Positions 38,550 through 45,395 of a DNA stretch of 45,569 nucleotides are shown one piece after another (position 1 is the stretch's first letter; every line of letters starts with the position of its first letter). Below the pieces are notes generated by a model. That model was given only the letters and a program-made list of their open reading frames with translations, was not told the DNA's origin and made no database searches. A program made the position numbers and the translations under genes. Origin of the DNA: a virus (Duplodnaviria; Caudoviricetes); the IMG/VR virus record IMGVR_UViG_3300032314_000503, positions 1 to 45,569 of that record. One strand, 5' to 3'.

Positions 38550-39257
38550 ATGAAAAAAATTTTATTTTCTTTTATCCTAACCATTTTGAGCTTGGTTTCT
38601 TTTGCTCAAAATTCGGTAGTTGACATTATTGTTAACAGTGCGGACCACGACACATTGGAAGCCGCTGTAATCGCTGCAGAACTTGCCGATGATTTATCAG
38701 GACCTGGTCCATTCACAGTATTTGCACCGACAGACGCAGCATTCGCAGCACTTCCTTCTGGTACAATTGAAACCCTATTAGCGGACCCAACTGGTACACT
38801 TGCTCAGATTCTATTGTATCACGTAGTTGGAGCTCAAGCCCTTTCAACAGATTTGAGTGACGGTCAAACTATCACCACCTTGCTTGGTGAAGATATTACG
38901 GTTACAATTGATACGAATGGCGTAATGATTAATAATGCAATGGTTGTTGTTGCTGACATTTTAGCAGACAATGGAGTGGTTCACGTAATTGACGCAGTGT
39001 TGATACCACAACTACCAAGTTCTGTATTAACCACTGAAACTATGAAATTGAATATTCAAAACCCTGTAACGGAAAATATTAACATTCCATCAGCAGGTGA
39101 TTCAAATGTTCAGATTTTTACACCTTCAGGCCAAGTTGTATATTCTCAAAACTTCAATGGGTCAATCGATATCGACACCCGTAATCTTTCATCAGGTATT
39201 TACCTTCTCCAAGTAGAAGCTGAAAACTTTAATGGGGTTACAAAAATCGTTAAGTAA
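38550..39257 (+). CDS. Fasciclin (FAS1) domain protein with signal peptide and T9SS type A C-terminal sorting domain
   Basis: FTVFAPTDAAF, ILLYHV, NGVVHVIDAVL; C-terminal NPV..NLSSGIYLL..TKIVK. Confidence 0.9.
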   Translation: MKKILFSFILTILSLVSFAQNSVVDIIVNSADHDTLEAAVIAAELADDLSGPGPFTVFAPTDAAFAALPSGTIETLLADPTGTLAQILLYHVVGAQALSTDLSDGQTITTLLGEDITVTIDTNGVMINNAMVVVADILADNGVVHVIDAVLIPQLPSSVLTTETMKLNIQNPVTENINIPSAGDSNVQIFTPSGQVVYSQNFNGSIDIDTRNLSSGIYLLQVEAENFNGVTKIVK

Positions 39258-39266
39258 AAAAATAAA

Positions 39267-39296
39267 ATGGGAAGAGGGGAAACCTTCTTCCCATTT
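39267..39296 (+). terminator. Terminator-like hairpin
   Basis: atgggaagagg/ccttcttcccat. Confidence 0.65.
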
Positions 39297-39312
39297 GAAA
39301 AACTAATATAAA

Positions 39313-39429
39313 ATGAAATACAATAACAACACACCTTTCGAAGAATTTATGTATCGTTTTGCGGTAGTCTTCGGTATCACTATCATAACTTTAAATCTAA
39401 TTATTTTGGTTTGTAAGTTGTTTATTTGA
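39313..39429 (+). CDS. Small membrane peptide, 38 aa (not in ORF track)
   Basis: ATG..TGA frame with one hydrophobic segment. Confidence 0.45.
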   Translation: MKYNNNTPFEEFMYRFAVVFGITIITLNLIILVCKLFI

Positions 39430-39464
39430 GGTTTTTAACTTATATTTATGTTATATTAAAAATT

Positions 39465-40049
39465 ATGAAAACATTAATTCAATTAGGGTCTAACGTAGGT
39501 AACGATGACTTCCAAGAAATTTGTAATAAAATAGAAGAAAAATCTAAAATAGTATTAATAGAAGCTAATCAAAACTTAATACCTAAGTTAAAAGAAAATT
39601 ACAGTAACTTAGAAAATAAACACGATATAATTTATATAAATAATGCTATAGTACCGGTTAAAGATTCAGATTATGTTGATTTGTATTTTACCTCAAACGA
39701 TGGGTTATCTAGTTTAGTTAATAGAAATTCTTATTGGTTAACTGATAAAATAAAAGTAAAGGCGAATACTATAAATGAAATTATTAATGATTTAGATATC
39801 CGTGAAATAGATGAATTACACATAGATATTGAGGGTCTTGACTATGAAGTACTATTATCCTTAGATATTGACAAATATAATTTTAAGTTAATTACGTGTG
39901 AAATTTGGCCATATTCTGACGATGATAAAAACAATAAATTTAGGACAGGACCTAGTTTATTAAATCAGATTTTTGATAAATTTAAAAATTATGACATAAC
40001 AGAATTTTCATTCTCAGGAATGCCATCTTTAAAATTAACCAAAAAATAA
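39465..40049 (+). CDS. FkbM family methyltransferase
   Basis: IQLGSNVG, IEAN, LHIDIEGLDYEVL. Confidence 0.85.
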   Translation: MKTLIQLGSNVGNDDFQEICNKIEEKSKIVLIEANQNLIPKLKENYSNLENKHDIIYINNAIVPVKDSDYVDLYFTSNDGLSSLVNRNSYWLTDKIKVKANTINEIINDLDIREIDELHIDIEGLDYEVLLSLDIDKYNFKLITCEIWPYSDDDKNNKFRTGPSLLNQIFDKFKNYDITEFSFSGMPSLKLTKK

Positions 40050-40164
40050 ATTAGTTTATTTCTTTAAACTTGATAAAGTTGTGTTGATATTACTGATTTT
40101 GTAGTATATTTGTAGAAGTTATTTGAATTGCTGAGATGATGGAATCGGTAGACATGAGGGACTT

Positions 40165-40920
40165 TTAAGGTAAACACAAAGTTTTTTAACCTTATCTCTT
40201 CCGTTTTGAAAAGTATTTGATATTTATAATAAAACACTTTATTATGAATAGAAAATACACAAAAGAAAAACTTCAGGAGGTCGCTAATAAATGTTTTTCA
40301 TTTAGACAGATGATTCTTGAGTTTGGTCTTAAAGAAACGGGGGGTAATTACTCAAACATACAAAAAAGATGTGAAGAATTTGAAGTTGACACATCCCATT
40401 TTTTTGGAATGGGATGGAACAAAAAAGAACATCCTTCTTTTAATAAAAATGGTAAGCCACTAGACGAATACTTTGTAAAGGGAGATAAAAAAATCCCCTC
40501 GTCCAAAGTGAAATCTAGATTACTTAACAATGGTTTGAGAGATTATAAATGTGAAAGGTGTGGTATTGATGAATGGTTAGGTGGTAGATTGGTTATAGAA
40601 CTCCACCATAAAAATGGAAACCCAACTGATAATAGATTAGAAAATCTTCAGTTGTTATGTCCAAACTGTCATTCACAAACACACAACTATTGCAAGAGAG
40701 AAGAATTGAGGAATGGTAAAAGTTTACAAACATGAGTGCCAAAGGGGAAACCCTTTGAGTAGAACTCCGTAAATTCGGTGAACCCTGTAAAATGGGAACC
40801 CCGAGCCAAGCCTGAAAAGGAAGGTGTAGAGACTAGACACGGAGCACCTAAATCGTAAGATATGGTGAAGGTATAGTCCAGACCACAAACAGAAATGGTA
40901 GTGAAAACTATAGTGGTAAG
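40165..40920 (+). mobile_element. Group I intron (trnL/IC3-like) inserted at U^AA of the anticodon
   Basis: P AAATTCGGTGAA, Q AACCCCGAGC, R GTAGAGACTA, S AAGGTATAGTCC, terminal G 40920, 5' exon ends in U. Confidence 0.92.
40244..40735 (+). CDS. Intron-encoded HNH homing endonuclease
   Basis: CERC..ELHHKNG..DNRLENLQLLCPNCHSQT; own TATTTATA at 40221. Confidence 0.92.
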   Translation: MNRKYTKEKLQEVANKCFSFRQMILEFGLKETGGNYSNIQKRCEEFEVDTSHFFGMGWNKKEHPSFNKNGKPLDEYFVKGDKKIPSSKVKSRLLNNGLRDYKCERCGIDEWLGGRLVIELHHKNGNPTDNRLENLQLLCPNCHSQTHNYCKREELRNGKSLQT

Positions 40921-40993
40921 AAAATCCCTTGGCTATTGCAGCTGTGCGGGTTCGAGTCCCGCTCTCAGTACTAAATTTTAAAATTATTATATA

Positions 40994-41272
40994 ATGCCAA
41001 CAGTATATACCTATGTTGAAGCGGATGTCGATGTAGACATTGAAGTTAACGAGTTTGTTAGTTCCTGTAGCCCAAGAGAAATAAGAGAATTGGTTCAAGC
41101 ATTAATTGAAGATGGTCATATTAAAACATCCTCAGTTACACCATCTCCTGACCGAATGACCGCTCGAGAAATTGAATTTGGTGAAATGTTATCTTTATTG
41201 TCGCAAAAGTATTATCAAATGGATGTGAATGAGATAAACATAATTGAAGAACTATACAACAAATATCGGTAA
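40994..41272 (+). CDS. Hypothetical phage protein
   Basis: ORF. Confidence 0.7.
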   Translation: MPTVYTYVEADVDVDIEVNEFVSSCSPREIRELVQALIEDGHIKTSSVTPSPDRMTAREIEFGEMLSLLSQKYYQMDVNEINIIEELYNKYR

Positions 41273-41273
41273 T

Positions 41274-41480
41274 ATGGATAACATTTTAGATGAGCGACTA
41301 CCTTTAAGCTCTCATTGGGAAAGGAATTTAAGAGAGTTTGAACTACCTCACGAAGTTATTGAACGTATTGAGCATCTTCGTTATAATGATGGTATTATGA
41401 TGAAAAAGTATATGGATGAGGCTAATGAATGGAGAGTTAAGTATTTTACGTTACAAAGACAATTAAGAGATTTATTATGA
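41274..41480 (+). CDS. Hypothetical phage protein
   Basis: ORF from ATG 41274. Confidence 0.6.
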   Translation: MDNILDERLPLSSHWERNLREFELPHEVIERIEHLRYNDGIMMKKYMDEANEWRVKYFTLQRQLRDLL

Positions 41481-42079
41481 AAAAAAATAATTTAAATTTA
41501 ATAAAATCATTATTTAATGAATATTATTCAAATGTTTATTTAAAATGGAGAATAGATAATAAAAAAGCAGGAAAAGATATTGTCGGTGAGGAGTATGAAT
41601 TGTTTAGAAAAAAATACTATAAAAGTAAGGGTTTAGTCATTGCCAATAATAAAAATGTATTAAATAGTGAAGTTAATGTTGATAATGTAATAATGTTTAA
41701 TGGAAAAATAGTAATTTTAGAAGAAGATAAAGGTTCATATGTTGATGGGACTTTCCTTAAAAGAGCCATGATAGATGCTGCGACTATTTTTCAAAAATGT
41801 TTTGAGGAAAATATAGAATCACCTTATTTTATATTAAGTTCAACAACCAAAATGAGAAATTATGATTCGACTTTTAATAGAATTTGTTTACTTTTTAACG
41901 AAAATATAAAAAAAGAAATTCAAAAAAAATTTATGTACTTGCCGTTATGTAATCACGGTAGAGTTAAAAAATCTATTTATTTTAAAACTGAAATAAATCA
42001 TTTTAAATTGTGTGATACTCTTTTGGAAAATCAAGAAAGTACTATAGATAAAATAATAAATTTGTCAAAAAATGATTGA
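41477..42079 (+). CDS. Putative PD-(D/E)xK restriction endonuclease-like protein
   Basis: E..VD-x11-EEDK pattern, very AT-rich, overlaps a methyltransferase gene. Confidence 0.55.
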   Translation: MKKNNLNLIKSLFNEYYSNVYLKWRIDNKKAGKDIVGEEYELFRKKYYKSKGLVIANNKNVLNSEVNVDNVIMFNGKIVILEEDKGSYVDGTFLKRAMIDAATIFQKCFEENIESPYFILSSTTKMRNYDSTFNRICLLFNENIKKEIQKKFMYLPLCNHGRVKKSIYFKTEINHFKLCDTLLENQESTIDKIINLSKND

Positions 42080-42821
42080 GTCTAAAATAATACTTGGGGA
42101 ATCAATACAAGAAATGTCAAAATTGGCGGATGAGTCAATAGATATGATTTTGTGCGATTTGCCTTATGGGACAACTCAATGTAAGTGGGATACTATAATA
42201 CCATTTAAAGATTTATGGGAACAGTATGAAAGAATTATTAAACCAAATGCCGCGATTGTTTTAACGGCCTCACAACCTTTTACATCAAATTTAGTTATGT
42301 CAAATATAAAACTTTTTAGATATAGTTTAGTTTGGGAGAAATCTAAATCTACTGGTTACTTGAACAGTAAAAAAATGCCAATGCGTTCTCATGAAGATAT
42401 ATTGGTTTTTTATAAAAGTTTACCTACATATAATCCACAAATGACCCAAGGTGAACCTTACGATAAAGGTAAAGCTCACAGACCTACTGAAGTTTATAGA
42501 GAACAAAAAGGTGAAATTCATGTTAAAAACGATACAGGTTTAAGATATCCACGTTCTGTGCAATATTTTAAAACCGCTGAAAGTGAAGGTGAAGTTTATC
42601 ATCCAACACAGAAACCTATAAGTTTAATGGAATGGTTAATAAAAACATATACTAATGAAAATGATTTAATTTTAGATAATTGTATAGGTTCGGGTACCAG
42701 TGCACTTGCGGCAATAAGAACTAATAGAAGATATATTGGTATAGAGATAGATGAAAGTTATTATAACATAACTTTAAACCGTATTCAAAAAGAAATTTCT
42801 AATTTTAACAAAATTTCTTAA
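42072..42821 (+). CDS. Site-specific DNA methyltransferase (N6-A/N4-C, beta class)
   Basis: DLPY, HPTQKP, DNCIGSGT. Confidence 0.92.
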   Translation: MIESKIILGESIQEMSKLADESIDMILCDLPYGTTQCKWDTIIPFKDLWEQYERIIKPNAAIVLTASQPFTSNLVMSNIKLFRYSLVWEKSKSTGYLNSKKMPMRSHEDILVFYKSLPTYNPQMTQGEPYDKGKAHRPTEVYREQKGEIHVKNDTGLRYPRSVQYFKTAESEGEVYHPTQKPISLMEWLIKTYTNENDLILDNCIGSGTSALAAIRTNRRYIGIEIDESYYNITLNRIQKEISNFNKIS

Positions 42822-42865
42822 TAACTTAATTTTGTGGGATGAGATGTTCGCCGTATATTTGTGGT

Positions 42866-43348
42866 ATGAATAACGAAATCAAATACATACCCACCAAAGA
42901 GGCAATTATTGGATACTCTGATTCAACAATTGCCAAAACCGAATCAAATGATTGTGTCGTAAGAGCTATCTCATCGGCATTTGAAATGCACTACGACGAA
43001 GCCCATCAGTTCGTTAAGGTAAAGTTTGGTCGTAAAAACCGTGAAGGTACAAGAAATTTCGTTGGTGGACTGCGTTGCATGATTAACGATAAAGTTAAAA
43101 TCAACGATAAGTTATTTGAAACTATGGGTAATGAATACGGTCACGTTAGTTATGAAGTTAAGGTTAAAGGTCAGATGGTTAAGCGCAATATGACAACTGG
43201 TACATTCATTAAGAAATACCCCGTTGGTAAGTATCTTGTGGTTGTTCGCGGTCACGCATTCTCAATCATTGATGGACAAGTTGTTGGTAACACATCTGAT
43301 GCAACAATGAAGAAACGAGTTATTTGCAACGCATTCAAAATTCCTTAA
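42866..43348 (+). CDS. Hypothetical protein (NDCVVRA...GHA motif), probably leaderless
   Basis: TATATTTG at 42854 with ATG at predicted +1. Confidence 0.75.
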   Translation: MNNEIKYIPTKEAIIGYSDSTIAKTESNDCVVRAISSAFEMHYDEAHQFVKVKFGRKNREGTRNFVGGLRCMINDKVKINDKLFETMGNEYGHVSYEVKVKGQMVKRNMTTGTFIKKYPVGKYLVVVRGHAFSIIDGQVVGNTSDATMKKRVICNAFKIP

Positions 43349-43407
43349 TAAATTAATTTTGTGGTAACACAATTTGTTGTATCTTTGTGTACTTAAAAAA
43401 TAAAACT

Positions 43408-43575
43408 ATGGAATTCATCGGAGTATACAAAAGAGAAAACTTGATTGGAATAATCGACCTCGATGAGGTTGATATAAATTTCCTACACAGAATGTTTGAA
43501 CAGGGATATTCTTTTAATAAAATATCTAAAAAACTTTTGGCCAGTAAGGAAAATGTCCTTAAATTTGTCAAATGA
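43408..43575 (+). CDS. Small hypothetical protein
   Basis: ORF after TATCTTTG at 43380. Confidence 0.55.
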   Translation: MEFIGVYKRENLIGIIDLDEVDINFLHRMFEQGYSFNKISKKLLASKENVLKFVK

Positions 43576-43778
43576 AACAAGAAACAATATGGTGTGAAAG
43601 ATGTGGTGAAAAACTTAACCCATCAAAAGCCGTGTGGCTTGAGTTATCAATGACCGATGGAAAATACTATAATCAAGTTCCTGATGGTCACGATAGTCAA
43701 GGAGCGTTCAGTTTTGGTAAATCATGTTCAAAAACTCAATTAAAAGAAAATGACGCAGAAACAACAAGAAGCAATTGA
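43572..43778 (+). CDS. Small zinc-ribbon-like protein
   Basis: CERC and FGKSC. Confidence 0.65.
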   Translation: MKQETIWCERCGEKLNPSKAVWLELSMTDGKYYNQVPDGHDSQGAFSFGKSCSKTQLKENDAETTRSN

Positions 43779-44055
43779 TAACATTATGGATTACTTTCAC
43801 TTTGAAAAAGTTCAAAGGGTAATGAAGTTTTTGAATTGGACTTGGGCATTTGCTGAGGAAGGAGTTCCGACTGAACCTGAATTGAGACAGCAAGTTAGAA
43901 GATTACTTAAAGAATCTTTTGAGGGTAAACAGTCAATGGCAATTGGTGGATTCCATGTGAGATATAAATCTTACGAAAGTGGTGAAGAAACTATTGAATT
44001 ATTCTTCTCTGTTGACCATTGGGATGAAACAATAGAAAAAGATTTGGTAGAATAG
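43750..44055 (+). CDS. Hypothetical phage protein
   Basis: ORF. Confidence 0.7.
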   Translation: MTQKQQEAIDNIMDYFHFEKVQRVMKFLNWTWAFAEEGVPTEPELRQQVRRLLKESFEGKQSMAIGGFHVRYKSYESGEETIELFFSVDHWDETIEKDLVE

Positions 44056-44090
44056 AAATTTAGCCGTATATTTGTAGAAGTTCTTTGAAA
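44043..44090 (+). promoter_or_regulatory. Bacteroidota-type promoter plus boxA heading the RNA array
   Basis: TTTG 44043, TATATTTG 44067, GTTCTTTGAAA 44080. Confidence 0.8.
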
Positions 44091-44100
44091 ATATTTAAAA

Positions 44101-44225
44101 GGTGGGGTGGCAGACGAAAGTTAGATATATCCAAGTCAATCGTAGCTACGGTGTTTTTTAAACACGATGGATAAACGACAAGTAGAGCTTTAAGGGAATA
44201 AGTCGCTCTTATTCCTCCCCCACCA
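44101..44225 (+). ncRNA. Structured RNA closed by a 7-bp acceptor-like stem
   Basis: GGTGGGG/CCCCACC-A; internal TATCCA/TGGATA, GTGTTT/AAACAC, GGAATAAG/CTTATTCC. Confidence 0.6.
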
Positions 44226-44234
44226 ACTACATTA

Positions 44235-44369
44235 TAGGTTGATTGGGGAATGATTATACCAATAGTTTGAGAGTGGATACCGACTGGTATAATCGGAGTT
44301 GGCAGGTATTCACCTGAAGTAATGCCAATCGTAAAAGGGGTTGTCCACTCGACCATCTTCCCCTTACCT
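44235..44369 (+). ncRNA. Structured pseudoknot-capable RNA
   Basis: Ends pair; GATTATACCA/TGGTATAATC with loop GAGTGGAT pairing to downstream GTCCACTC; TTGGCA/TGCCAA. Confidence 0.6.
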
Positions 44370-44464
44370 AAAACACAGAGTGGCGCAGGTTGATACTACT
44401 TCGCAAGTAGATTGATACAGAGTAAAAAGAGGTGGGGGAAACCACTCATTAACCCACCCAACAT

Positions 44465-44544
44465 AGTCAGGTATGCGTAATGAGGATTGGTTCCAAATCC
44501 TAGAAATAGGTTGCCTTGGTGAGGTTCGATTCCTCGCCTGACTA
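44465..44544 (+). ncRNA. tRNA-like RNA 2 (no recognisable D-arm or canonical anticodon loop)
   Basis: AGTCAGG/CCTGACT-A; GAGG-TTCGATT-CCTC. Confidence 0.7.
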
Positions 44545-44610
44545 CAGAAGGTGTCAACCCCGAAACATAGAAAGAAAAAGTTGATGACAGCTTGGAAAGA
44601 CAAGCAATAT

Positions 44611-44718
44611 AGTCAGGTGGCGGAATGGCGCCAGTAGTAATATCACGAGTTCAGTAATCCTCCCAATCGGACGTGAATCAAGGAGGTGACTATACAAGTT
44701 CGATTCTTGTCCTGGCTA
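44611..44718 (+). ncRNA. tRNA-like RNA 3
   Basis: AGTCAGG/CCTGGCT-A; TGGCGGAATGG; ACAAG-TTCGATT-CTTGT. Confidence 0.75.
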
Positions 44719-44721
44719 CAA

Positions 44722-44924
44722 TGAGTAAGAGGTGCTCAGAGTCTTTAGTTCAAGACTTAAACAATGAACTCGCAGAATGTCTACGGCGCGAGTGGGACAT
44801 CGTGGGATAAAGGGATAGACACATTTCCTCCCAGTAGTGTTGGATGTTTTTAACGGGTAAGACCAGCAGGTTTTTAAGAAATAGAAAACCGATAAATCTA
44901 CTCACCATTAATCTCAAGGTGGGG
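44722..44924 (+). ncRNA. Multi-pseudoknot structured RNA
   Basis: Several hairpins whose loops match downstream sequence; terminal hairpin with TAATCTCA loop. Confidence 0.55.
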
Positions 44925-44930
44925 AAACAT

Positions 44931-45053
44931 AGTCAGGTGGCGGAATTGGTAGACGCAGCTGTGATGATTTTGTTGGAAGGTGAATCTCCTTAAACTATTA
45001 GCAAGGTTAATCAGCTCCCAATCATCGTACAGGTTCGATTCCTGTTCTGACTA
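44931..45053 (+). ncRNA. tRNA-like RNA 4 (Leu-type D-arm, expanded anticodon region)
   Basis: AGTCAGG/TCTGACT-A; TGGCGGAATTGGTAGACGC; AGCTG/CAGCT enclosing 50 nt; ACAGG-TTCGATT-CCTGT. Confidence 0.8.
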
Positions 45054-45054
45054 C

Positions 45055-45248
45055 ACGTTCCGACTAATCATCGGATAGTATGCCCAATACGATGAGAAAT
45101 AGATTGATTATCTATATGGGAACGTAGAATGTATAGGGAAAACATTCAGGTTTGTCTACCCGAAACCCGCAAGGTTCAAAAGATTATTCCTAACTCAAGT
45201 AATTGAGGACAGCCACAACACCTGTTAGTTGGATAAAGTAGGGTGTTA
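45055..45248 (+). ncRNA. Structured non-coding spacer RNA(s)
   Basis: ACGTTCC/GGAACGT multiloop, GAATGT/ACATTC, CTCAA-GTAA-TTGAG, AACACC/GGTGTT. Confidence 0.5.
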
Positions 45249-45254
45249 ACATAT

Positions 45255-45327
45255 GGTCGGTTCGTATAGAGGTTTAGTACATTGCCCTTTCACGGCAGAA
45301 ACACGGGTTCGATTCCCGTACCGACTA
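45255..45327 (+). tRNA. tRNA-Glu(TTC)
   Basis: Cloverleaf; TTGCC-CTTTCAC-GGCAG; ACGGG-TTCGATT-CCCGT. Confidence 0.92.
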
Positions 45328-45395
45328 CAACTGAAAAACTATAGTTCATATCTAACTCGCGTTTTGTTCAAGATATTTACTATAAAACCTAACAA

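Larger units (their letters stand above)
40130..40970 (+). tRNA. trnL: tRNA-Leu(UAA), exons 40130-40164 and 40921-40970
   Basis: Joined exons give AGGGA-CTTAAAA-TCCCT, long variable arm, T-arm, GCTGAGA/TCTCAGT-A acceptor. Confidence 0.92.

Noticed and set aside
40724-41098. Minus-strand 124-aa ORF
   Set aside because: Antisense to the group I intron core and tRNA 3' exon.
44480-44502. Reading AGGATT-GGTTCCA-AATCCT as a Glu(TTC) anticodon arm
   Set aside because: Loop lacks U33 and a purine at 37, there is no D-arm, and spacing is wrong for a functional tRNA.
44060-44603. Minus-strand ORFs 44060-44356 and 44364-44603
   Set aside because: Antisense to the RNA array and overlapping tRNA-like elements.
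44465-45053. tmRNA interpretation of the tRNA-like plus pseudoknot modules
   Set aside because: No alanine identity (G3-U70 in a GGGG acceptor) and no convincing tag reading frame.
44545-45250. HDV-like theta ribozymes behind the tRNA-like units
   Set aside because: I could not fit the nested double-pseudoknot consensus by eye; not supported without a motif search.
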